This document shows, one piece after another, positions 25,201 to 37,081 of a stretch of 64,000 nucleotides of DNA (within the stretch, counting starts at the first letter, position 1; each line of letters opens with the position of its first letter). The notes below the pieces were generated by a model. It saw only the letters and a program-made list of their open reading frames with translations, was not told where the DNA came from and made no database searches. The position numbers and the translations under genes were made by a program. This DNA is from Macrostomum lignano (lineage: Eukaryota). The DNA lies in NCBI GenBank assembly GCA_002269645.1, contig NIVC01001497.1:1-64000 (forward strand), read 5' to 3'.

Positions 25201-27129
25201 GCACTTGCCGAATAGAAGCTCGAGAATACGCCCTATCGATCACAGTTGCTCGTGGTCAACATGCCTTTTGTTCTTAAGTGACTGCTCAAAGGGAAACTTC
25301 TCAAACAACGGTGAGAAAGCAATGCCGACGACGGCTGAATGACGACCGAATGCTTGAGAAACTAGTTGAGGATACTCGTACCTAGCAGTTAAAGATTCGC
25401 CCAGTACTGAAGCGTAAAAACAAAAATCTGATATAGTTGCAACAGGATGTCCATAGTCGTCTGGTGTCATCTGCTGAAGGTGCCGACGGCGTCGGGGTGA
25501 CGACTGAATGCTTGAGAGACTAGCTGAGGATGTCCGGCAGTTGTGATTTGCCCACTGTCGAGGTTTGATCCGCGAAACTCGAGAATTTTGCAACAGCGCG
25601 TCCATAGACACCTAGTGCCACTTGTTGAAGGTCCAGAATCTCCGTCTGAGTAAAGGCCAGTGACCAAAGAAGTCAAAGCTGATGCAGACACATTTTTTCG
25701 ACGTGCTGATGAACTTTGGAGGTTTAACAAGGCTGCACTGAGGCGCAGTGCTGATGGCGTACAGGGGTGTACTGAATACACTAGCGCTTCAGAAAAAAAT
25801 CCAGCCTTCTGGCAGAATAGTCGAATATCTCGACGGAGGGTCTGGAGGACTTGGCGGCTTGGTTCTTGTTTGATAAGGTGCGCAACAAAAATTTAGCACC
25901 TTGTGAATCAACATCTTATCACACAAGCCTTTTGCAAGTAGTTTGTTGTGTTGCCTCCAAAACGGGGTAGAGACTTGTTGAGACGCTACGCAGATGTAAC
26001 AAAGCGTTTAGTTATGGCGCACGAGCAGTTTTGTTACTCAATAGCTTACCATCATCAGTTTAAACATTCAAGTCTACTCATCAAGTCAAGTCAAGTCAAC
26101 TATTTAGGATCAACTCATAGAGACTAAAGATTCTGTCGAACTATTTTGAGCTTTACAATCTCAATTTTATTAAAGCCTAAAAACCGTTGCCTCTCTGCTT
26201 ACTCATGCTTATTCAACTCGAACTTTTCAGAAATTTGTGCATAGCCATCATCTATCGCTGTGAATTGGGAGTACGAACGCAAAATCTTAAAACTGGAAGC
26301 GCAATAGGCTGCATAGTTATTATTCTGTCAGTGATGGAGAAAAAATCGATAAATAATCAATAATTCGAATACATTAACACTATAGGTTCCCAGCACCGAC
26401 GCTTGGCATAGAATCATTTTGTATTAGCATTCTGTACAGCTAGTAATAAAATTGCTCACAAAATACAAGCTACAAGTACATTCTGCTTGGAAGAATCTTT
26501 GCAATGAATCAGCCAGAGGAAAATTATGAGCTTGCTGGCGACCTAGCTCTCTGTTCGTTCTGCGAAGGAATCGTAGAAATGAAAATGTGGCCAGCTTAAT
26601 ATTTAAAAATTACATCAAAGGATTAAACGGGTTAATTCTATTCATTTAAACTGACATGGGCAAAATACTCCATTGAATCAACCACTAAGAGACTTTGACC
26701 TCTCATTGCTAGCCACAAGTTGAACTTCCTTTCTAACGAAAGTATGTTTAATCCGTCAAATCTGTCAAGAACGACGGAGCAGTGACAGTAGTAGTTCAGG
26801 TCGAATAGGACAAGAGCCGAAGCGGAGCCACTACAAATCGGGGAGCACCAAAATTGCCCGCCGAGCTTTGCCCACGGCAGGGGGTGGAGTAACAGAGTAA
26901 CAGAGTGTACATGGCCGACGATTAAAAGTCCGGGCCGTTGTACACCCTGTGTGAGTGAAGTACGAGTGGGTGTCTGCGTACAGTATTAGCAAGCTTGGAT
27001 GTGCTCAGAATTCAGCGGATTGGGCAGAATTGCCTCAGCGCTGGCTATGAAAGGATGCCGACAAAGGCGTTGCGCCAGGGTGCCCGCAGCCCTCCTGCAA
27101 TTGTTATCCTTGCTATTATATAATAACCT

Positions 27130-27670
27130 TTGTAGTTTGCGCCTCTGTAGCTAACGCCCTCTGTAGCTGGCGCTCTTTCTGTAGCTGACGCCCTCTCTGT
27201 AGCTGACGCCCTCTGTAGCTGGCGCTCTTTCTGTAGCTGACGCCCTCTCTGTAGCTGACGCCCTTTGTAGCTGGCGCCCTCTGTAGCTGACGGCCTCTCT
27301 GTAGCTGACGCCCTCTCTGTAGCTGACGCCCTCTCTGTAGCTGACGCCCTCTGTAGCTGGCGCCCTCTGTAGCTGGCGCCCTCTCTGCAGCTGGCGCTCT
27401 TTCTGTAGCTGACGCCCTCTCTGTAGCTGACGCCCTCTCTGAAGCTGACGCCCTCTCTGTAGCTGACGCCCTCTCTGTAGCTGACGCCCTCTCTGTAGCT
27501 GACGCCCTCTCTGTAGCTGACGCCCTCTCTGTAGCTGACGCCCTCTCTGTAGCTGGCGCTCTCTCTGTAGCTGACGCCCTCTCTGAAGCTGACGCCCTCT
27601 CTGTAGCTGACGCCCTCTCTGTAGCTGGCGCTCTCTCTGTAGCTGATGCCCTCTCTGTAGCTGGTGCCCC
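27130..27670. repeat. 13-17 bp minisatellite
   Basis: Units ctgtagctg(a/g)cgccctct(ct). Confidence 0.95.
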
Positions 27671-27865
27671 TAAAACTTAGAAGATATTCCGGAAAGGTGG
27701 GAATTCTTCCGTGGATCAAGCTCGGCCGACCATTTTCGTGGAGCCTCAACCCGTCCGCTCTCGCAGATGGGCAAATTTTAATGCGAAATTATTCCAGATG
27801 AAGAATTAAAAACTCGTCAGGAATCTTCCAGAAATACAGAAACCCAGCAACCCGAAACCAAGCAG

Positions 27866-29784
27866 TCATCTCAGCCAGTCATCGTCCAGTGACATCTGAC
27901 ACCTGTCCCGTACCTCCATTAGCTGCAGTTCCACTGTGTTCTTCATCGCCTCGAGCTCCTCAACCAGTTCCGGACTGCGGCCGCGACGACGAATGTCATC
28001 CATCTGCTTGGAGTAGTAGATGAGCAGGCCGAGATCCACCACGGCGAAGGCTGCCGAGCCGACCAGTCCCAGGACGCGAGCGGCAGTGAGCGCGCCGGTT
28101 TTGCCAGCTCCCTGGATGACGCCCTCGGCAACGCTGATTCCGCCGCGTAGCAGCGGCCGCAACGAGTTTCCGACCGCCTCGCTGCTGGGGACGTTGCAGG
28201 CCTCCGCTGAGCCGAACATGCCGATCTTGACCAGTCCGACGGTCAGGTCCAGTGCTGCACGAAGCGTCTCCGCCGATGTTGACAGTCGAGTGGGAGAAAT
28301 TCCGGCCTGTAATGAATCGTTAAACTGGTTGCAAAGCTCAAAGTCATCGAAACTTCTTCGAGTTGGAAAGATGAGACGGTCACCAGACGGCTAGCTGATT
28401 ACTGTCCTGAAGTTCTTAAGCTGCGTCGCAGGATTGCATCATGTTTTTAATCTTGCACGAGCCATTCAGCGTGGTGCAAAAAAACACAATATATATATGT
28501 TATTATGAAAAATTGCTAAATATCATAACTAACAAGCACCACTTTTTGCTGGCCAACCAAGCTAACTGCACAACCAGCTCCACAACCAGCTCCACAACCA
28601 GCTCCACAACCAGCTCCACAATCAGCTCCACAACCAGCTCCACAACCAGCTCTACAACCAGCTCTACAACCAGCTCTACAACCAGCTCTACAACCAGCTC
28701 TACAACCAGCTCCACAACCAGCTCCACAACCAGCTCCACAACCAGCTCCGCAACCAGCTCCACAACCAGCTCCGCAACCAGCTCCGCAACCAGCTCCGCA
28801 ACCAGCTCCCCAACTAGCCTGTCAATGTCGGCAGCAGCTCACCCCAGACGGAGCCGCTTGCAGAGCCCGCTCAGCTGCCAGGTTGTGCAGCTCGTGCAGC
28901 CGCTGAATGAGTAAGCCAATTCGTTTAGTGGCCGGCAGCTGCTGCATTTCCTGTTGCGGGATTTCAAGCGAGGCCAGGACCTCCGCGTGCTTATCGCGGC
29001 AGAAACGAAGCTCGTGCAACGCCGATTTCAGCCGCTGACAGATGCGGTCGGCCATTGCGGGATCCGAGGTGCCGCGGATGGCTGCCTCCGTCTTGCTGGC
29101 AACACCCTCCGCAAGCTGGTCGGTGATCTCATCGAACAGCTTCTTGCTGGACTCAAAGTCCTGCTTCACCTTCTTAGAGATGCTCGACTGGACCACGGCG
29201 TCTCCGATCGCCGCAGCGCCGCCGCTGACGCCGCCGCCAACGGCGGCAACCGTGCCGGCTATGGCCAGTGGCAGTGCGGCGCCAAACGACGGAATCAGCA
29301 GGGCGTAGCCGACCACCGCCGTGATGCCGCCGACAACGCCGAAAACGCTGCCGCCGATCTTCACGCTCGTTGCCCGCCGGTAGCTGTTCTTGATGCCGCT
29401 GATTGCCTGCTCGATTTCGCCAACAAGGACCTCACGACGGTTGCACCACTCGGCGATAAGGCCGCGCTTGGCTTCGTCTACTACCCTCAGGATGGCGTCG
29501 GCAAAGTCGGAATCGCCGGGCGCGACTGAGCAATTCTTTCTGCTAGGGGGGGGGGGGGGAGGGGACGGATGAACTGCCCAGCCCTAAAATTAACAGTTAA
29601 GATCTTTAGGCCACACTTCTCTCACGGCTTGAGCTCCGACCATAGACAGAAGCCCAATCGGCAGTTCTTAGCACAATCCTGAGTGCAATTGAAATGCGCT
29701 GAAAATGAAAATTACATATGAGCCATCAGTCAGCGCTTACCTATCATTGAGTTCTACAGACTCAAAGCCTGGGTCGGCGGCCAT
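27866..29784 (-). CDS. Apolipoprotein L (APOL)-like protein, 3 exons, 393 aa
   Basis: Exons 29784-29741 (MAADPGFESVELND, donor AG|gtaagc), 29539-28843 (donor GGG|gtgagc) and 28306-27866 sum to 1182 nt in phase. APOL-like pattern: EWCNRREVLVGEIEQAISGIKNSYRRATSVKIGGSVFGVVGGITAVVGYALLIPSFGAALPLAIAGTVAAVGGG (Gly-rich hydrophobic hairpin) and C-terminal AARVLGLVGSAAFAVVDLGLLIYYSKQMDDIRRRGRSPELVEELEAM. Confidence 0.8.
28568..28815. repeat. 12-bp minisatellite in APOL-like intron 2
   Basis: Unit accagctc[ca/ta/cg]ca, about 20 copies. Confidence 0.95.
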
Positions 29785-31302
29785 CTGTTGCGAATGTCCT
29801 CAATTAATGAAACTTGACAAAAGCTATTTGGTTTTGATTGAAACTAACCATACCAACATAAAGCTAATAAATTAGTATAGCAATGCTCACATTTTACTAC
29901 CGTGTTAATAGACGCGAGCGGTGTGCAGTTCTGCTGCTTGCATACCATGCACAAGCGCGTACATACGAGCTTATTTAATGGTACAAGTAGAAGGCCCAGC
30001 TGGGTGTACCCAGCGCTTTCTTGGCCAAACATAATAAATTGCTTCACTCCACTGAAAAGGTTTTATTCAATTCCTAATGCACACTGTGCGGAGAGAGAGA
30101 GAGAGAGGGAGAGAGAGAGAGGCAAGACGCAAGGAACTTCGTATGATTAAAACCCTTCAAGGCACAGAAAGCTCACTGCACACTTCAATGGGGGGGGGCA
30201 ATTCAAAGTAAAATCCACAGACCCTGTAGCTGCATGTAATAAAAATCTACTAAGAAACCCAAGAAAGCGTGCACAATTCAATTACCCCCGTCGATAATGC
30301 GATTGAAAGGAGCCAGTATACTTTTCATATTTGCCTATCATGCTAAAATATACTCAGCAACAGCTTGGGGAACTGGAGGGGGGTGGCGCAACGCAAACTG
30401 CATGCTGGTCAAAGTTTCCAAGCATGCATCATTGCTGCCTGATGTAGACTCATGTGGTCGATGTGCTGATGAACAACGGTGTGATGATGCTGAAGACTGG
30501 CGACGTCCGGAGGGCCGGCGACTTGATTCTTGTTTGAGAAGGTGCGCAAGAAAAGTTGACCCGTGTTCTTGAATTTCGTGTGCCTACGTTGCTTCGTTGC
30601 GGCGGTTCCTTCTGTCAACCAATTCAACCGTCACGCTGTCCGAGTTACATGTAAATGAAACATTTGATCCCACGCGTGTTTCTCCAAAACTAAAGTCAGG
30701 TCCCGTTGACGCTCATTCAACAGACGTGGGTGCAGACTCGCTCTTAAACTCAGTATAGAAGCAGGTACGAACCATGTACTCGTACGCTCGTATATTCTGT
30801 GGCACCATCATCAAACATGTCCAAAGACAAAGAAAACTTCGTTGCAGTCAGCACACTCTCGTACACTCTTCGATTCTTGAGTAGACTGTTAGAATTCCAT
30901 CAAATTGCAATTTAACTGATTCAACAGATTGATGGGTAACGAACTCCAATTCATCGGTGTTGCATCCAGCTCTCTCCATCCACGATGATACCACTCACTA
31001 TAACTGATAATGTTTATTGCTTTCTCAGAGCCAAACCGATTGCTGGTTGTGTTCACTCTGTCCCCATTCTTTAATACCCAATTTATACTGTTGCTGCAAC
31101 TAGAAAATGTGTCAATGGTTACAGAATATGAGAACAAAACGCGCCCCCGCAGCCTCATTTTTAACCATTATTTTACTCCTCTCAGATTCAAAGCATGAAT
31201 AATATACTATTCAATGCGAGTAGATCATCGTCTCGTGTGCTCAAAGCTTTCAGCGTTAGTTCCAATGAAAAATGGTGAATTGTATTGGACTCAATTTCAA
31301 GA

Positions 31303-31579
31303 TATACTCAGCAATATTGAAATGTGGCGCTCTTTGCGCCAGTGAGCCATTTCTCTTGGACTATTCTGAAATAAAAGATACGAGAAAGCTGATCGGGGTA
31401 GCTTTAATCCGTCCAACCCTCGCACACCGCTCCCCCATTTTTCATTCCTCAACTCAAGTCTGCCGCGGCGTAGCTAAGTTGCGTCACTCGCAAAGATTGA
31501 GAGACTTTACCTGCACTCTCAAAAGTGGCGACCACAGACAGAATCTTCTGTGATAGCGACTTCGATGTTGCTGAGTATA
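31303..31579. mobile_element. MITE copy B with terminal inverted repeats and TA ends
   Basis: tatactcagcaatattgaaatgtggc ... gcgacttcgatgttgctgagtata; homologous to 14551-14767. Confidence 0.7.
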
Positions 31580-31960
31580 TTAAAAAAATCCTAAAAAAGA
31601 AAATTCAAGGTGAAATTTTGAACAGAAATATGATACTTTTTCCAAGTCATTTTTTCAGAAGCAAACAATTCTAAGAGCGACTAATTTGCTTCAGCGAACA
31701 CTGAATTGCAACCCCGTAGATGCGCTAGCAGAACATTGCCATGGAGTAGAATTTATCGCACCACTGGCTTCTGGCAAAAAGGTTCGGATTTCAATAGACC
31801 CCGCGCTTTCCCTTTAAACGTCGTTGGCAATGGCATTGTTATTGATCAGTCAGCAAACTGAGCCTAAACGTTTTTTTTATTATTTACAGCTTAGCAGATT
31901 CAGGGAGCATTGGAACGCAGCCGCGCGCACTTCCAGTTCTGATACTGCCTCTGCCAGGGC

Positions 31961-32405
<445 letters not shown>

Positions 32406-34299
32406 TAGTTTTAGTACTTAGTAGTTAGTACTTTTCTCAACCGAATACTTAGCTTCTTGCAAGCAAATTTCAGAAACAGAACATATTTAAAAACTGAACA
32501 AGCAAGGCTGTGAGTTCCAAACTGATTATGATACTGAAATAAACAATATGAATAATCTCTTTTTATTATAATTTTAAGGCTTTTCTATTTTGCGTAAATT
32601 TAAGTTTTTGCTTCATCGTGCAATATATTCGTCATCATCATCATGCAATATCATGGCTTCGCAATATCTATGCGCGCAGTTCCATTTCGAATAACAAAAT
32701 AGTCAATTATTTGTTAGAGAAAGTTAGCCTATGCCATGTCTATGTCTATTTTCCAATATTGTATTAGTTTAATCCTTCGTCCCTTAGGCTTAGTATAGTT
32801 TGCCCCCTAAAAATTTTCTGGATCTACAATCAAAATAATAATAAGCATAATTGCTTAGCCCTATTCAAATTCAAATATGCATGTTTCTTAAAAAAAACTT
32901 CTCTTGACTTAAATAACAAGTAAAGTTGTATTTCATTAAATTTTGTAAACTAATTTATAGGGGGGCCTAACCTAACTAGGGCCTATGGCCTAGGCCTTGA
33001 AATGTCAAAAAAAATTTTTTTAATTTAACAATGAAATTATCTATTGACTATATTAGGCCTATATATGATCTACTTTTTGCCATTTGATAGTTAACTTTGC
33101 CTAAGAAAAATTGTTACTTTGCATGATCATCGTCATTAAAAGATTAATTGGGCATTTAGGTAGATTCAAATATATCTAGTTGTAACTTCTCTTCAGACTT
33201 ATATTTTTGTTCTTTCTTTGCATCTTTGGTCATTGACATTGCCACTAACATTAGCAATGAATTTGTCGTTAACTCACAAAATTGTTAATGCAAATTAATT
33301 AATCTGTTAGGCCTAATTCAAAAAAATCTTAATTGCAGTCTGTTAATGTTAATGGAAAATCTTAATGCTTATTAATGCTTATTAATTGATTAATGCTTAT
33401 TAATAGACTGGTGCCCAACATTGCCAAATGACTATTTTACAAAAAGGCTTTTAATAAAAGGTTTTTGATAAAATTGTTATCTATTAAGTACTAGTACTAT
33501 CAATGTATCATATTACCAATTTGTAATAAAGTAGGAATTTTTTAGGTTAAAATTAGACTTAGACCTATAATGTTTAAAAAATGGACAAAGTATTTATTTG
33601 ACAAAATTGCATTTAATAGGCCTAAAATAACCTAGTATATCAATTATATTCCATGTTCCTTCTTTAAATATTAAAATTATTTATTAAGTCTTGATAGCCC
33701 TTTTATAGCCAATGGCCATTATAATAAATAGTGTAGCATAAATTGACCTCCTTATAGTTCAGAAAGCAACATACATATTGGAATTTCCTAATAAAGAATA
33801 CTCATACAAAATTGGCAATTAACAATTGTTGGTGCAAATTTTGGTTTACAAAGCTATTTATATGCTAAAACAGTTGTCTATTAGTATATGATCATTTTTA
33901 ATCTGATTTTAAAGGGCTTTCAATAATAAAATAGAGTAGAATGAATTATTTCGCTAATAAAAAACTAACAATAAGCTTTGAATTAAAGTGTGATATATAG
34001 ACTAGTATATATTAGGCATGTTTTGTTTGTGATGTAACCTAGGAAATGATAGCTTATAGAGCTATGGCTGAAGGTACTAATGCCAGGGTAGAAAGAGATC
34101 AGATCTCACCTTCCCAGGGGCATTAGACCTAGATAAAGAATTGGTAGCTTGTATTATAGTTTGATAACAAGGTCCCACTGTTTGATCATAACTATGGACA
34201 GAGTCTTGAAAGTATAGACTATTTAAAGTATATGTAGTTTTGCCACCACCATAGCACTACTATGCTAGGCATCTAAAAAGTATCTTGACAGTATTTAGA

Positions 34300-36250
34300 A
34301 TGAGGTCCCTTGCATAAGGGGCTTCTGATCTGCGCAAGGTCAAGACTCCCTGATTTAGCTAGGTTTGAAATAAAAGGAGAGTTCAAATAAATAATGATTT
34401 GACTTCCATCTTCTGGCAAGCTATAGTGCTATCATCAGAAACAATAAGGAATTGGCTTCTATTGATTTAGGCTCTGTGCACAGGTTTTAGAATACATTTG
34501 TTTGCAAGTACCATATGCATATAGTTACACATACTTTACTATACCTGAAATCTCTACAATTTGCCAATAGTTTCAGTTTTGTATCCCTGCAGCCCTAGCT
34601 TTCTCACTAGCCTGCATGCTTAAAAGATAAATAAATCAAAGCAGGACAACTGGGTTATGATTTTCACCTAACAAGTAACTTAGCTACATATAATACTTGA
34701 GAATGAATAATTGAATTTTTGCAAACCAGGATTTGGATCCCAATGGTCAATCCTAGGATTTTCAAATCCTAGACAATTTCGATCCTAGGATTTAGAATCC
34801 TAGGATTCTGGCATAATTGAAATCCCAAGATTTAGAATCCTAGGATTTGGGACTAATTCTAGGATTCTGGGATCCTAGGATCCTAGGATTATATGCCCTA
34901 TTTCCCAGCAATACAACAAGGGTACTTGTCATTTTTAATGCATATCAGCATATATCCTAGTATATATAATATAGTGGAAAAATTGTGTCAATGACACATT
35001 TTTTTAGTTCTGGTATACAAACAATTAATTGTATTTTTTTCTTGCATTAGACCTAGTGTATATTAATACATGATCCAAACTTTGGTTGGCCCTTAATGGT
35101 ATAGGCATAGTTTGATATACTAAGTATAATCTGGTGCAGGAAAGGGAGCTACATTGGGCATGGTTTAGAGTCTAGGCCTTATCTGCAATAGGAATTGATA
35201 GTAGGCTACTTATTTACTTTTACTTCTATATCTTTTAAATCTAAAAAAGCGACTATACTGCACTATATAAATAATCCAACACTGCCTAAAATCATTGTAC
35301 TAGTTAGCTAGCATCAGGAAAACTACTGGGTATAATATCTAATTGTCCTGGTTGACTACTAGTGGGATGGATATAAGAATAGACCACTGTCTCAATATGT
35401 TTTTTGACATCTCTCTGTAGATATGACTAGATTCATTCTTAAGAATTGGGTATGATTTAACCTTTTTAGTGTCAAAAACTTGAAACTTGGTTGGTTCTTG
35501 ATGAATATTCAGAAGCTTTTGATTTTAGTCTTCTGAGTTTATAATTGCTATTCTGTATCCTTTGTCATAGTTAAGAATTTTTATGTCAGTGCTCTTGCAA
35601 AGCTTGTTTATCATTTGATAGAGGCTTAAGTTTTTTGTAACAGATAGGTGACTTGGGGCTTTATTGGTAAACTGATAATAAGCAGAGATAATTTCATGGC
35701 AACATTTTGTTGGTACCTCTATGCTGTTCTAGCCTATACAATGTCTAACCTAACTGTTCTACAAATGCTTGAAGGTGAAAATTCTTTATGCTTTTAGGTA
35801 AAACTAGATGATGTATAAACCATAGCTTAAGGCTTCTTGCTAAGCTAGATTAAGTTTGTACTTACTGGTATTGGTGATACAATTCAAACTATTTTGCCAT
35901 TGCTCATGCCAGAGTGTTATTAGCTTTCTTATGGATTTCCTTCACCATTCTCTGGTGTTCCCAGTTCTTTCTTGCTATCAGAGATAGTAAGACCTGGGAT
36001 GTGAGTACACTAACCAGTGACTAAACTGTATGTTTGATTTCCTTGATTCATCTCGAGAGGTCTACTGTTAGTGTTGGTTATTTACACAAATTTGATATTT
36101 GATTAAGCATTGTATTTCACTTGGATTGCAGGCAAAGATGCTTGGGAGTTTAAACTTGGCAAACCTGGGAACAATGCTAAGTTGTTGGTAGGCTTGGAGG
36201 AATTCATTATCTAGCTAGATCATTAGTTCTCACATTTGAAGTGGCCAGCT
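34300..36250 (-). mobile_element. Decayed Penelope-like retroelement (N-terminal/pre-RT region clear; possible GIY-YIG remnant), RT core missing
   Basis: Minus-strand translation with stops and frameshifts: IVPRFAKFKLPS (~36170); ITNTSKYKLNLA*QEALSYGL (~35880-35820); KNLSLYQMINKLCKSTDIKILNYDKGYRIAIINSED*NQKLLNIHQEPTKFQV (~35635-35475); KKHIETVVYSYIHPTSSQPGQL (~35400-35340). These match the Penelope consensus L..DI.I..DKG..V......Y..K and P.GS.PG.L. Weaker QFLI..KSLFI*TL..KPS.N near 34450-34340. Confidence 0.75.
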
Positions 36251-36714
36251 GAACTAAACTCAGGATGTCAAAATTAAAGTATTAAATTTTCATATACTAT
36301 CCTATTTTGAATGTTTTATTTTGTACTACCACAGTACCACTGTTATGTGTGATTTTTCTGCCATTAGCTAAACGTTTTGGTGCTTTTTCTGGTGTCATTA
36401 GACAGTTAGAACAATATTTTTGTAGATTATTTTGTCAATAAAAGAAGCAAATATTTAATTTTAGCCAGTCCTTAATATTTATTCTTTAAAAAGTGCAAAA
36501 TGCCTTGGGGATATGAAACAAATAATGTTTTTAGACATCTTGTAGGCCTTATGCTTGAATTTAAAGTCATGTTAAGAATTGCACATTTAGGTGATTTTTT
36601 AACTTGGACTAAATTTCAATCTTTGAATATTAGTTATAAAGACCATTTTTAGTATATTATAATTTAATAGATGCTAACTAATAATAAGGATCTTTGATCT
36701 GACAACCTATGAGG

Positions 36715-36920
36715 CTAACTAGCTCAGTGGTAAACGCATATTACTCTTGCGTCACAACCCTTGATATGATCTAGATAAATTTGGGGCTTGTGCACAAAAT
36801 TGTTGGCCGATGGGTTGTCGTTGCGATTCACAACCAATATGTGCCAACCTCCAAGGCACAGGAAGTGTACACGCCTGACGATAAGAAAGCCAGGGCTTAT
36901 GTACACGCCAAAATCGATGC
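36715..36920 (+). mobile_element. Degenerate tRNA-derived SINE-like copy
   Basis: A-box tagctcagtggtaaacgc, resembling the head at 15600; eroded B-box; tttggggct...gtacac shared with the element at 40640-40848. Confidence 0.4.
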
Positions 36921-37081
36921 GCGATTGCGCGAAATGGCCCAGTTTGAATGCAAATGTAACAGCTGTCTATGGCCAAGTAGAACAGCTTTGCACTGGCCCT
37001 AATTCAACAAAAAGCGGCTAAAATCTCACACAAAAAAGCTAGATAGCGACATATTTGCCAAAACCTGCCCGCAGCAAAGCT

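Noticed and set aside
24434-25243. Four overlapping 230-270 aa repetitive ORFs, and similar ones at 10.9, 16.0, 19.7, 27.0, 40.7, 46.8, 53.5-55.9 and 62.5 kb
   Set aside because: They are by-products of stop-free tandem repeats open in several frames on both strands; most lie in introns.
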